From: Bacteroidota bacterium | GTDB lineage: Bacteria; Bacteroidota; Bacteroidia; J057 | Length of the DNA stretch: 64,000 nt | Direction: 5' to 3' | Assembly (NCBI GenBank): GCA_020438265.1 | Contig: JAGQVA010000001.1 | Span: forward strand, 1,741-65,740 | Shown: piece by piece, positions 30,024 through 40,108 of the stretch | Layout: every line of letters begins with the position of its first letter | Position numbering within the stretch: the first letter of the stretch is position 1 | The notes under the pieces: model-generated | What the model was told of the DNA's origin: nothing | Database searches by the model: none | What the model saw: the letters and a program-made list of their open reading frames with translations, nothing else | Program-made: the position numbers and the translations under genes

Positions 30024-30926
30024 ATGAAGAATTGTGCAGCTTATATATGGATCTTTCTGATTTCATTGGTTTGGCTGGCTCCGGGTTGCGAAACCTTTGA
30101 TAAACCTGAGCCTTTACCGGTATATCTGGATATTGATCAGACCAAAATAGCTTTAAACAAATCGGGGAGTATCACCACAACTCTGGGAGTTAAGGATCTC
30201 TGGATTGATTATGGCCCCTCCACATTAGGGGTATTTCGCCAGCCTTCTGTGATCCCTGTCATACCTGGAAGTTTAACGGATTCTTTGGCCATAGCCGGAG
30301 GTATTTATGAAAACGGGCTTTCCAGTACCCGGTCCCGCTATCCTTTCTGGCGCCCTCATATTATCCCTCTGGAAGCAGTCCCTCTGGATACGATGCCCAT
30401 TCGACTTACATTTGAATACTATCCGGATACAGTCATTCATTTTGCATTTAATGAAGCATTTGAAGGTGCCTCTGTTAGCTTTGAAGACCTGAACAGCAGT
30501 TCGCCCAATTCAACTACGATGAGAATTTCAGGATCAGATGTTTTTATGGGATCCGGAGCCGGGAGAGTTGAGTTTTCTTCCGCTCAGTATGATCTTGAAA
30601 TGTTGGGTACAGATTTTATTCCACTTCCTCAGAGTGGGATAAATGATATCTACATTGAAATTACCTATAAAAATAATATCGCTTTTACTGCGGGTTTGTT
30701 CTATTCTACAGGAGCAGATATTGGCGAAATACCCGCAGGCGTATTTTTTAAATCGGAAGATGAATGGAATACAGTATATATTCATGTAAATAGTGGTGTC
30801 AGAGGCATTTTGGGTAATGCTGTGTTTAAACCGTACATTAGCGCTTCTAGTTTTGATTCCAGTACCGGAACAGGAAAAAATGGTTTCTTGTTGATTGATA
30901 ATTTCCGGATTATTCATTTCAAATAA
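30024..30926 (+). CDS. Hypothetical lipoprotein
   Basis: Start moved to the ATG at 30024, giving MKNCAAYIWIFLISLVWLAPGC|ETF (lipobox). The stop overlaps the next start (TAATG). Confidence 0.6.
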   Translation: MKNCAAYIWIFLISLVWLAPGCETFDKPEPLPVYLDIDQTKIALNKSGSITTTLGVKDLWIDYGPSTLGVFRQPSVIPVIPGSLTDSLAIAGGIYENGLSSTRSRYPFWRPHIIPLEAVPLDTMPIRLTFEYYPDTVIHFAFNEAFEGASVSFEDLNSSSPNSTTMRISGSDVFMGSGAGRVEFSSAQYDLEMLGTDFIPLPQSGINDIYIEITYKNNIAFTAGLFYSTGADIGEIPAGVFFKSEDEWNTVYIHVNSGVRGILGNAVFKPYISASSFDSSTGTGKNGFLLIDNFRIIHFK

Positions 30927-32329
30927 TGAATCGAAAACGCTTACAGACTCTCTTTTATCTGATATCGGATTTTTCAGCGACTTATATCGTCTGGTTGGCT
31001 TTCGCTTATATGAGAAGGGAGATTCTGGAAGGTTATGGACATCTGGACATTCAGCAATTTATTAATGCTTCCGTTATCAGTTTTTACTGGATTATCCTGT
31101 ATACCATTGCCGGACTTTACACCAAACCTTTTCGCCGGTCCAGATTACAGGAAATTACTCAGCTTTTTAAGTATTCCATCGTGGGAGTGTTGATGATCTT
31201 TTTCCTGATTTTTCTGGATGACCCTATTCCGCCTGAAAACCCCTCCATGCATCGTATTTTGCTAGCAACCTATCTAGGGCTTCAGTTTGGTGGAGTGGCT
31301 ATTTCGCGTTTTATGATTACTACCCGTACCAATGTAATGATCAGAAGGCGAAAACTGGGATTTCCTACCTTATTGATTGGTTGTGGAGAACAGGCGCAAA
31401 AGATTTATCATGAACTTGAAGATCGGAAACGTTCTCTGGGATATCAGTTTAAAGGATATATTTCTGTAGGAAAACGAACTGAAAACCACCTTTGGGGAAA
31501 ACTGAAGTTCCTGGGTTCCCTGGATCGTTTGCAGGAAGTGATCGAAACCCGGAAAATTGAAGAAGTCATAATAGCACTTGATAAAAAACATGCGAACAAA
31601 GTTGGTAAAGTAATCGAGTTATGCGAAGGGAATAATGTGATTATAAAAGTAGTGCCCGGGATCTATGACTATATTATCGGGAGTGTGAAAATTTCGCATA
31701 TTATGGGTGAGCCCCTGATTGAAATTTTTCCTCAGATTATGCGGCCCTGGGAGCGATTTGGAAAGAGGGGATTCGATATTATTGTCTCTTCCATTCTCCT
31801 TTTGCTGTTAATGCCGATTTACATCTTCCTGGGAATATTGATCAAGTCAGAGTCCAAAGGCCCTGTCTTTTTCCGCCAGGAGCGGATTGGTAAAGGAGGA
31901 ATCCCTTTTTATATTCTAAAATTCAGAACCATGCGTCAGGACGCAGAAAAAGATGGTCCTGCGCTTTCCTCTGATCATGATCCACGAATAACCAAAGTTG
32001 GTCTCTGGTTGAGAAAACTACGGTTGGATGAACTTCCACAATTTCTCAATGTGCTTAAAGGAGAAATGAGCATTGTTGGCCCAAGGCCCGAAAGACAGTT
32101 CTTCATCGACCAGATTGTAAAGACTGCGCCCCATTACCGCCATTTGCATAAGGTAAGGCCTGGAATTACTTCCTGGGGACAGGTCAAGTACGGGTATGCT
32201 TCCAGCGTAGAGGAAATGATTGAGCGCCTTAAATTTGACATTCTCTATATGGAGAATATCTCTCTGGCGCTGGATTTTAAAATCATTCTTTACACTGTCA
32301 TTGTCATTATTGAAGGCAGAGGGAAGTAG
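30926..32329 (+). CDS. Polyprenyl-phosphate glycosyl-1-phosphate transferase (WbaP/EpsB-type priming sugar transferase)
   Basis: 467 aa. N-terminal TM helices. C-terminal bacterial sugar transferase domain (KRGFDIIVS..., GPVFFRQERIGKGG.PF.ILKFRTM, DPRITKVG..LRKLRLDELPQF.NVLKGEMS.VGPRPE). Confidence 0.88.
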   Translation: MNRKRLQTLFYLISDFSATYIVWLAFAYMRREILEGYGHLDIQQFINASVISFYWIILYTIAGLYTKPFRRSRLQEITQLFKYSIVGVLMIFFLIFLDDPIPPENPSMHRILLATYLGLQFGGVAISRFMITTRTNVMIRRRKLGFPTLLIGCGEQAQKIYHELEDRKRSLGYQFKGYISVGKRTENHLWGKLKFLGSLDRLQEVIETRKIEEVIIALDKKHANKVGKVIELCEGNNVIIKVVPGIYDYIIGSVKISHIMGEPLIEIFPQIMRPWERFGKRGFDIIVSSILLLLLMPIYIFLGILIKSESKGPVFFRQERIGKGGIPFYILKFRTMRQDAEKDGPALSSDHDPRITKVGLWLRKLRLDELPQFLNVLKGEMSIVGPRPERQFFIDQIVKTAPHYRHLHKVRPGITSWGQVKYGYASSVEEMIERLKFDILYMENISLALDFKIILYTVIVIIEGRGK

Positions 32330-32343
32330 AATAATCGAAATCA

Positions 32344-32823
32344 CTACTCTTTCAACACATCTTTCAGGCGCTGTTCAACAATATTTTCCCGGTTTTCTCT
32401 TCGGAAGTTTAAAATGGTTTGAACTTCATCGAGAGCCTGTTGGAATTTTCGGATTTCAGCGGCTTTATCCTGATAAACATCATGACTTTCAAGCTCTTTG
32501 AGCTTTTCATTGAGCATTTCGGCCTCTTCTTCCTTTTTCTTGAGATTCAGATCAAAAATTTCAAATAGGATAGCTTCAACCTGATCTGCAAGCATATTTT
32601 TTTTCAATGGCGAAGCATCAGAATAGGAGAGGATGAAGGCATCAAGATCCTTATTCTTTAGCTTGATCTGCAAATCGTAATTTTCCATCCGTAAATCGTG
32701 GAGCTGGGAAGCAGATCGCACGCGACCATAATTCTGTAAACCAGATTCTTTTACAGTGTCGGGCTGAGCTGAGGTAACAGAGGCATTCAGCAAGAGTAAA
32801 ATAAATAGTAAAAATATTCTCAT
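32344..32823 (-). CDS. Secreted coiled-coil hypothetical protein
   Basis: An ATG at 32823 gives the signal peptide MRIFLLFILLLLNASVTSAQ. The rest is charged and heptad-like. Confidence 0.5.
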   Translation of the reverse strand: MRIFLLFILLLLNASVTSAQPDTVKESGLQNYGRVRSASQLHDLRMENYDLQIKLKNKDLDAFILSYSDASPLKKNMLADQVEAILFEIFDLNLKKKEEEAEMLNEKLKELESHDVYQDKAAEIRKFQQALDEVQTILNFRRENRENIVEQRLKDVLKE

Positions 32824-33044
32824 ATCCAAAGAATACAAAGGGGGTAACCAATAGTAAAATTACAGGTAATGAAAGAAGAACTCAAGCAACTTGTGCTTAG
32901 TTGTAATATTTATGGCTTGAAATAACAGACTTGGCGAATGATTGAGCGTCTGTAATTTTTATGATGTTGTTTTTTACAATTTTGCATGGCAAAACTGTAT
33001 ATTTAGTTGCTTTGGATATGTAACGAAGCAATGATCAGTATATT

Positions 33045-33761
33045 TTAAATCAAATCTAAAGGTGAATGTATCTTTAAGGGAGTTTCAGAAATAAAACCTT
33101 CTCCATGAGTAGCCCCAATTATATGTCCCATATTTCTGGCTCTTGCATCAAGAAAATCCCAGAAATCTCTGGTAGAAATATAAGTGATAGGCTCATCGCT
33201 GCCAGGATCGTAAAACTGTGAAGAAAAAGCCGCCAGAGCGCTGGTTTTGACTTCTACCCAGGAAGAGATATCAACCACAAAATCTGGCTGGAGTGAATAG
33301 TCCTGTATGTAAAAAAATAATTTTGAGGGTCTCCATTCTTTTTGTGATTTACCTTCAAATTCTGTTTCAATTTTTCTCAAGCCACTTAGAAAAACAGCAT
33401 CTCTGACCAGCTTCGATGCCCGTCCGTGGTCGGGATGACGATCGCTGGGAGCATTCGCCAGGATGACATCCGGCTGATATTTTCTTACTTTCCTGATGAT
33501 ATCTAATTGATGTGTCTCATCCTGAACAAAGAACCCATCTCTGAAACGCAGGTTTTCCCGAATTTCAACTCCAAGGATTTTCGCTGCGTTTTGGGCTTCA
33601 ATATCTCTTAGATCCGCAGAACCTCTTGAACCGAGCTCTCCCCGGGTCATATCAATGATTCCAACTTTTTTCCCTTCTGATACCAATTTGGCAATGGTAC
33701 CTCCACAGCCAATCTCGGCATCGTCAGGGTGGGCACCAAAAACGAGAACATCCAGTTTCAT
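33045..33761 (-). CDS. bshB1: Bacillithiol biosynthesis deacetylase (LmbE/PIG-L family)
   Basis: MKLDVLVFGAHPDDAEIGCGGTIAKL...GIIDMTRGELGSRG, HPDHG. Confidence 0.85.
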   Translation of the reverse strand: MKLDVLVFGAHPDDAEIGCGGTIAKLVSEGKKVGIIDMTRGELGSRGSADLRDIEAQNAAKILGVEIRENLRFRDGFFVQDETHQLDIIRKVRKYQPDVILANAPSDRHPDHGRASKLVRDAVFLSGLRKIETEFEGKSQKEWRPSKLFFYIQDYSLQPDFVVDISSWVEVKTSALAAFSSQFYDPGSDEPITYISTRDFWDFLDARARNMGHIIGATHGEGFISETPLKIHSPLDLI

Positions 33762-33767
33762 GTTCGA

Positions 33768-35687
33768 TTATTGTTGATTAATGAAAATTTTTTCTGAGAA
33801 GATATGTTTTTCTCCTGTATGTGATTCCATCTCGTGAATCCAAATATATACCCCTGGTTTTATGTTATCGGGGAGATGAAAAGTAGATTTTGGACTGGTT
33901 ACTCTTTGTGGATTGATTCGCAGAATTTCCTGGCCGTTAATATCCATTAAGGTTGCCTGGTAGCGTATCGGGGTCTGTTCTATTTTGAAATGAACAGTTA
34001 CCTGTGGTTGAATCACGGGATTAGGATAAATACTGACACCTGGCTGGAAGAGGATTTTATCTTCCAAACTGGCTGGCAGAGATGCTGTATTATACATTTC
34101 AGGTCTGATCATCAGGCTTCCCTTGAGATTGATATTTATCCAATAACCTGAGGAATCCCAATAGGTTTTGCTGCTATTATCATAATTCTCATCAAACCCC
34201 ACTCCAATAGGAAGAGAATTGACTTGCTGAATACCTACCCAAAATGTCTGGGGAACAGGTAAAGGACTGCTCAATGCATACCGCTCAAAGTGATCTGGTT
34301 TGTCGCCATACCTTACCTTAACCCCTCCTAGCTGCTGAAGAATGAGGGAATCAGGGTGTGGATTTTTATATACTACCAGCCTGAAAGCATGATCGTCCAT
34401 GTAAGTAACCTGATTGGAAACGGGATTAAAGTTTACTGTAGGCACAAAACTTATCCATACTGCAACCAGAGAATCAGGTTTAGGGAGGTTATATTCTACT
34501 CCAAATCCAAGTGAACGATTAATCCCAAAAGATCGGTCTGCTTCTCCGTCATCGTAAGCAAATACAGAGTCTATCCCAAAGGTTTCTGTAAAAGTATTAT
34601 TGATAACAAACTGATCATGGTTGGAAGGGATTGAAACCGAAAATTCAATAGCAGCAATTTGATTGATATTTTGATTGGCAAAGGCATTAAATCCTTCGAT
34701 TTTGGAGCCATAAGCGCTAAAATTTACCGTTGTTTGTTGCTGGAATGGAGAATTAAAATTGATGCCTCCAATGGGGTCGGTGATTTTTAGTGTTACCGGA
34801 ACCGAAGCGGATCCGTTTTTCAAATTGCCTAATTCTACCTCGAAAGGCTTCATAATATTGCCCAGAGCATTAAAATGCTGAACCGGAATAGCGGTATATG
34901 GATGTAGAGGAGAATTTAATAGGGAAATCGCCGAGCGGTCGTCAAACGTGGTATCGTTGTTGGCGCGGTTGGGAGCCATATACACATAATCCAGATGCCA
35001 GTGATCCAGATAACCATTCAGGGAGCCATTGGATTCAAAAATGATTTGGAATTGGGTATGAAAATATTCTGGTTGGTCAATGGAAATGATGTAAGATTGA
35101 AATCCTCCTGATTTTCCGCCACCAACTGCCAGCACTTTTTGAAAATCCATAGGGGAGGGGAGAGGAGTCCTGAAAAAAACAAAAAAAGAATCATTGGATT
35201 CTGGCACTTCTCCCTGTCCTTTTGGCTGGAGGAAGAATGACAATTTTATCTGGTCTGATGCATCAAAATTACTGAGATCGATAAAATGAGAGGTCAGGCG
35301 ATCCGCAGGCCCTGAAGTCAAAGCTGCGTCGTTATAGGGGCGTCCCAGTCGATTAGCTCCGTCAAACGTAGCCACCCCTCTGGAAGGAGGATTGATCGCC
35401 ATACCTTTGGTAATGACGGGTGTCAGCAAATCAGTCTGCGGAACATACCATTTATTGGTGTCGGGGGTGATTCCCATATATGCAAAGTCATCCATAAATG
35501 GCTGTGAGGCCGAAAATGAAAGGGTATCGGGCCCTGTATTCCGAAGAGGAAAAAATCTTTGATAAGAGTTTCTGTACTGAAAAGGCGCATCAGTATGGAG
35601 CTGGATGTTTGCCTGACCAAATAAGCAGGAGATAAACAGGAACGTACTAAGGAGAGAACCTCCAATTTTGACGAATATTTGAGCCAT
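33768..35687 (-). CDS. T9SS type A cargo protein, function unknown
   Basis: Start moved to the ATG at 35687 (MAQIFVKIGGSLLSTFLFISCLFGQ signal). C-terminus VSIYPNPV...GVYIWIH... is a Por/T9SS sorting domain. Confidence 0.7.
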   Translation of the reverse strand: MAQIFVKIGGSLLSTFLFISCLFGQANIQLHTDAPFQYRNSYQRFFPLRNTGPDTLSFSASQPFMDDFAYMGITPDTNKWYVPQTDLLTPVITKGMAINPPSRGVATFDGANRLGRPYNDAALTSGPADRLTSHFIDLSNFDASDQIKLSFFLQPKGQGEVPESNDSFFVFFRTPLPSPMDFQKVLAVGGGKSGGFQSYIISIDQPEYFHTQFQIIFESNGSLNGYLDHWHLDYVYMAPNRANNDTTFDDRSAISLLNSPLHPYTAIPVQHFNALGNIMKPFEVELGNLKNGSASVPVTLKITDPIGGINFNSPFQQQTTVNFSAYGSKIEGFNAFANQNINQIAAIEFSVSIPSNHDQFVINNTFTETFGIDSVFAYDDGEADRSFGINRSLGFGVEYNLPKPDSLVAVWISFVPTVNFNPVSNQVTYMDDHAFRLVVYKNPHPDSLILQQLGGVKVRYGDKPDHFERYALSSPLPVPQTFWVGIQQVNSLPIGVGFDENYDNSSKTYWDSSGYWININLKGSLMIRPEMYNTASLPASLEDKILFQPGVSIYPNPVIQPQVTVHFKIEQTPIRYQATLMDINGQEILRINPQRVTSPKSTFHLPDNIKPGVYIWIHEMESHTGEKHIFSEKIFINQQ

Positions 35688-35814
35688 GAATTGATATAAA
35701 TGTAACAGGGCCGAATTTATAAAAATATGATGGGAGGAAAAATGCGAAATAATTGCTCTTGTAATTTTTACCCTAAAAATGAAGGCTGTCTTCAAAAGGT
35801 CGATTTTAATATAA

Positions 35815-35886
35815 AACACAGAGACACGGAGATGGAGCAGAATTGATAATCAGATACTTACCTCCGTGTCTCAGTGTCTCTGTGTT
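35815..35886. repeat. Inverted repeat of CACAGAGACACGGAG words
   Basis: AACACAGAGACACGGAG ...30 nt... CTCCGTGTCTCAGTGTCTCTGTGTT. It shares CACAGAG word content with 1173-1298 and lies 3' of rseP. Confidence 0.7.
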
Positions 35887-35910
35887 GATTTTCAGGACTG
35901 TTTTTTTGAA

Positions 35911-37431
35911 TTAATTAACGAGTCTGAAAAAGTCATTAAAAAGAATCAACAACATCAAACTCAGGATAAATACCATTCCGATTTGTTGTGAGATGATTCT
36001 GATTTTCGCAGAAGGTTCTTTGCGGGTAATTGCTTCAATCAGCAGAAATACAACATGTCCACCATCCAGTGCCGGGATCGGCAGGATATTTACAAAAGCC
36101 AGGATCATTGATAGCATGGCGGTCAGTTCCATGAACTTTCTCACTCCTCCCTCCTTGAATGCTTTCAGGTAAACAGACGCAATTTGAATAGGCCCCATAA
36201 CCGATTTTCCTGCATCTACGCCTTCTCTACTCAGGTTAGCAATACCCTGAACGTTGGCGAAAAGGAAAGTAAATGCTTCTTTGGTCCCTGGTTTGAAAGA
36301 TTCAAAGAATCCATAGGAAAGTGTGTCAAACTTGAATGTCTCTGTAAGACTTGTTGCATATACCCCCAGATAACCTTCCGGAGAGATCTGTACTTCAAAG
36401 CTTATCTTCTCCCCATTTCTTTCTACTACTACCGGAACTAACTGGCTTTGTTTGCCACGTGTAATTTTTCCAATATCTGAAAACCGGTTAATCTCGACGC
36501 TATCCATCATCACGATTTTGTCTCCGGTGCGCAGGCCTGATGTATAAGCGGGAGAAGCGATTGCCGGAGTTTTAGGATCTCCGTCAGTGTCCATGGTTTC
36601 TTCTACATGAACAATGGGAGGAAATGCCGGGCCAAAAAGCGTGCTTCCAATCGTATCACTGCTAAAATAATTCTGGACATTCCCTGGAATCTCAATTTTT
36701 ACAGTTTCCCCATTCCTTTTTACCTCATAATAGGCATCATCTTCAAGCAGATTTTTTTGATTGATATAATCGTCAAAATTTTCAAAGGTTTGGCCTTTAT
36801 AGGAAACAAGTTCGTCGCCAGTGCGGAATCCCAAAAAATACCCAAGAGATTGTACATAAACCGAATCTCCGTCTTTATTCGCAGCGTAATAAGGCTCTGC
36901 AACTTTTATCCCATTCCTGACTTCTGACATGGGCAGAAAGAAATCTCCATAAGTATATTTCAACATGGAAAAAACCACAATACCCAGGATGATATTCATA
37001 ATCACTCCACCAGTCATAACAATCAACCGCTGCCAGACAGGTTTTGCGCGGAATTCGTAAGGTTTGGGTTCTTCATTCAGATGTTGGGTATCGAGCGATT
37101 CGTCGATAATCCCTGTGATCTTTACATATCCCCCCAGAGGGGTTGCTCCAATTTGATATTCGGTATCACCTTTTTTGAAGCCAAATATTTTGGGTGGAAA
37201 ACCTATAGAGAAGGTCTCTACCCGCATTCCAAAGGCCTTGGCTGTAAGGAAATGTCCTAATTCATGTATCGTAACCAGAATGGTAATACCAATTAAAACC
37301 AGACCAATTGCTCCCAATATATCGAGGACCAGGGACAGGTTTCCAGTCAGATAGCCAATCAGGATTGCCATCAAGATGATTCCGGCAACAATCCCAAGGC
37401 GAATAAAATTTCGGTTTCTCGTTTCACTCAT
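35911..37431 (-). CDS. rseP: RIP metalloprotease RseP (site-2 protease, M50 family)
   Basis: 506 aa. HELGHFLTAKAFGMRV zinc motif, central PDZ-like region, C-terminal NILPIPALDGGHV. Confidence 0.9.
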   Translation of the reverse strand: MSETRNRNFIRLGIVAGIILMAILIGYLTGNLSLVLDILGAIGLVLIGITILVTIHELGHFLTAKAFGMRVETFSIGFPPKIFGFKKGDTEYQIGATPLGGYVKITGIIDESLDTQHLNEEPKPYEFRAKPVWQRLIVMTGGVIMNIILGIVVFSMLKYTYGDFFLPMSEVRNGIKVAEPYYAANKDGDSVYVQSLGYFLGFRTGDELVSYKGQTFENFDDYINQKNLLEDDAYYEVKRNGETVKIEIPGNVQNYFSSDTIGSTLFGPAFPPIVHVEETMDTDGDPKTPAIASPAYTSGLRTGDKIVMMDSVEINRFSDIGKITRGKQSQLVPVVVERNGEKISFEVQISPEGYLGVYATSLTETFKFDTLSYGFFESFKPGTKEAFTFLFANVQGIANLSREGVDAGKSVMGPIQIASVYLKAFKEGGVRKFMELTAMLSMILAFVNILPIPALDGGHVVFLLIEAITRKEPSAKIRIISQQIGMVFILSLMLLILFNDFFRLVN

Positions 37432-37537
37432 AATTAGTCTGGAAAATAATTACGCAAAATTAATACACAAGTCTTACGAAAAAAAGCCAGATTCGGGTTG
37501 TTTTGTTATTTTTAAACGCAAAATTTGCGTAATCGGG

Positions 37538-38638
37538 CTATTTTTCCCCTTTTAACCCATCAAATTGCCTGGCCTGATACTGCATGAGCTGGTCAGCCAG
37601 AACGATCGCTGCCATTGCTTCTACAATGGGAACGGCTCTGGGAACCACACAGGGATCATGTCGACCTTTGCCCGACAAGGTAACCTGATTTCCCTCGGTA
37701 TCTACACTTTGCTGGTCCCGCATAATGGTCGAGGTAGGTTTAAATGCTACCCGAAAAACAAGGTCTTCTCCATTGCTGATTCCTCCCTGTACGCCTCCGG
37801 AATGATTGGTTTTGGTTCTGATTTTTCCCTCGTCATTATAAAAAACATCATTGTGCTCAGAACCTTTCAAGAGCGTTCCACTAAAACCCGAACCAATTTC
37901 AAAACCTTTGACAGCATTAATGCTAAGCATAGCGGTACTCAATTCCGCTGGAAGTTTGGCATACAACGGTTCTCCTAATCCGGGGACCATCCCGCTTACC
38001 CTGCATTTGACTACTCCTCCCACCGAATCACCTTCTTTGCGGATCTTGTCAATGAAGTGGAACATTTTTTCAGCCACTTCCGGATGAGGGCATTTTACAG
38101 CGTGTTCATATTCCGTATGAAGAGAAAAATCAGCGGGGTCTTCCTCAAGAGAAATCTGATGAATGCTCTGAACCCAGGCATTGATTTGAATATTGGATAC
38201 CTGAGAGAGAAATAATTTGGCAATAGCTCCTCCAATTACTCTGGCAATCGTTTCACGTGCAGAGGATCTTCCCCCTCCCCGATGGTCTCTGATCCCATAT
38301 TTTTTATAATAAGTATAATCGGCATGACTGGGCCTGAAAGCTGAAATCAAATGATCATAATCCCCGGAACGAACATTCTGGTTGGGGACAAAAAAGCCTA
38401 ACGGAGCACCAGTAGTAACCTGATTCACAAGCCCTGAGTATACTTCAAACTCATCAGCTTCTTTTCTCTGTGTGGTAATTCTACTTTGACCAGGTTTTCT
38501 TCGATTCAATTCAGATTGAATAAAATCAAAGTCTAAATTAACCCCGGCCGGGCAACCATCAATGACCACACCAATCCCTGCGCCGTGGGATTCACCAAAA
38601 CTGGTTATTCGAAATAAATTTCCAAAGCTGTTTGACAT
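37538..38638 (-). CDS. aroC: Chorismate synthase
   Basis: [65 protein letters not shown]. Confidence 0.95.
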   Translation of the reverse strand: MSNSFGNLFRITSFGESHGAGIGVVIDGCPAGVNLDFDFIQSELNRRKPGQSRITTQRKEADEFEVYSGLVNQVTTGAPLGFFVPNQNVRSGDYDHLISAFRPSHADYTYYKKYGIRDHRGGGRSSARETIARVIGGAIAKLFLSQVSNIQINAWVQSIHQISLEEDPADFSLHTEYEHAVKCPHPEVAEKMFHFIDKIRKEGDSVGGVVKCRVSGMVPGLGEPLYAKLPAELSTAMLSINAVKGFEIGSGFSGTLLKGSEHNDVFYNDEGKIRTKTNHSGGVQGGISNGEDLVFRVAFKPTSTIMRDQQSVDTEGNQVTLSGKGRHDPCVVPRAVPIVEAMAAIVLADQLMQYQARQFDGLKGEK

Positions 38639-38707
38639 GGCTGCAAAGATAAAAGAAAAAAGAATTTTCTACTTCCAAATTCAGGAGAATAAACCAATAA
38701 TTGAGTC

Positions 38708-40102
38708 CTACAAAGAATCTATCCGAAGCAGATAGGTGACGATTTCGGGAAAAATAATCACAAGAATTAAAAAGATAATTTGGATAATAATAAATGGAAT
38801 GATTCCCCGATAAAGATGTTGGGTTGTCACTTCTTTAGGCGCGACTCCTTTGAGGTAAAACAGTGCAAAACCAAATGGGGGAGACAGAAAGGAAGTCTGA
38901 AGATTGAGTGCTAAAAGGATTCCTATCCATATCAGGCCACCATTGGATACGTCCACTAATGCAGGGGAGGAAAAGATACCTTCACCGGCAACGGCAAATG
39001 AACGGAAGATTGGTTCAACTACCGGCACGATAATGAAAATAATTTCGATGAAATCAATAAAAAAACCGGCAATAAAAACTGCTACCATCACTAAAAGGAG
39101 AAAACTTCCAGGCGATAGAGAGGAGTTTTCGATCCATTGAGTGAGATAAATATGTCCTTCCAGCCCTCTGAAAACCAGGGCAAACGTGGTTGCCCCAATC
39201 AGGATAAGAAACACCATACTTGTAATCTTGGTTGTTTCTTCCATTACATCCTGGAATAGTTTCAACTTTAGTCCGTCTTTTTTTTGTCCGACTGCTATAA
39301 TGGTGAGGATGGTAGCTCCCAGAGCACCTACTGCGGCTGCTTCAGTGGGTGAAGCAATACCTGCAAATATTGACCCTAAAACCGCAACGATCAGGGCAAA
39401 CGGCAGAATAAAAGCAATAAACAGTTTTTTGATTATTTCCTTTGTGGAGGATTTTCTGAAAGCTTCAAGTTCTTCATTTGGGATAGCCGGAGTTGCTGAT
39501 GGTCGAAAAATGGCCATTAAAATGATGAAAAGAATATAACACCCAACCAGAAGAATACCAGGAATTAAGGCGGCTGTAAATAAATCACCTACCGAAATAT
39601 TAAGAACGCTGCCAAGTAAGACCAGGACTACCGAAGGTGGAATAATCTGCCCCAACGTTCCGGAAGAAGCAATTGTACCAGTGGCGAGTTCAGGGCTGTA
39701 GCCTCTTTTAAGCATGGTCGGTAAACTGATTAATCCCATGGTAATAACTGTTGCACCTACAATACCAGTAGAAGCGGCGAGCATAGCGCCAACGATAATT
39801 ACCGAAATCGCTAATCCTCCCCTGAATCGGCCAAAAAGTAAGGCCATCGTTTCCAACATGCCTTCGGCAAGGCCCGATTTTTCCAGCATAATTCCCATAT
39901 ACACGAAAAGAGGAACTGCCAGCAGCACAAAATTATTCATCGTACCCATAATCCTCAGAGGCAAAAGACTAAAAAAGTCCGCACCTAAAAAGATTACGCC
40001 AAATATAGCCGATACGCCTCCCAGGGTGATGGCAACCGGATATCCCATTAATAACAGGAGAAATACCAGTCCGAATAAAATAAATGGTAAAGCTTCAGCC
40101 AT
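38708..40102 (-). CDS. dctM: TRAP transporter large permease subunit
   Basis: 464-aa polytopic membrane protein with DctM-like composition. It sits immediately after a DctQ-like gene with a 6-nt gap. Confidence 0.8.
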   Translation of the reverse strand: MAEALPFILFGLVFLLLLMGYPVAITLGGVSAIFGVIFLGADFFSLLPLRIMGTMNNFVLLAVPLFVYMGIMLEKSGLAEGMLETMALLFGRFRGGLAISVIIVGAMLAASTGIVGATVITMGLISLPTMLKRGYSPELATGTIASSGTLGQIIPPSVVLVLLGSVLNISVGDLFTAALIPGILLVGCYILFIILMAIFRPSATPAIPNEELEAFRKSSTKEIIKKLFIAFILPFALIVAVLGSIFAGIASPTEAAAVGALGATILTIIAVGQKKDGLKLKLFQDVMEETTKITSMVFLILIGATTFALVFRGLEGHIYLTQWIENSSLSPGSFLLLVMVAVFIAGFFIDFIEIIFIIVPVVEPIFRSFAVAGEGIFSSPALVDVSNGGLIWIGILLALNLQTSFLSPPFGFALFYLKGVAPKEVTTQHLYRGIIPFIIIQIIFLILVIIFPEIVTYLLRIDSL

Positions 40103-40108
40103 AGGGGA

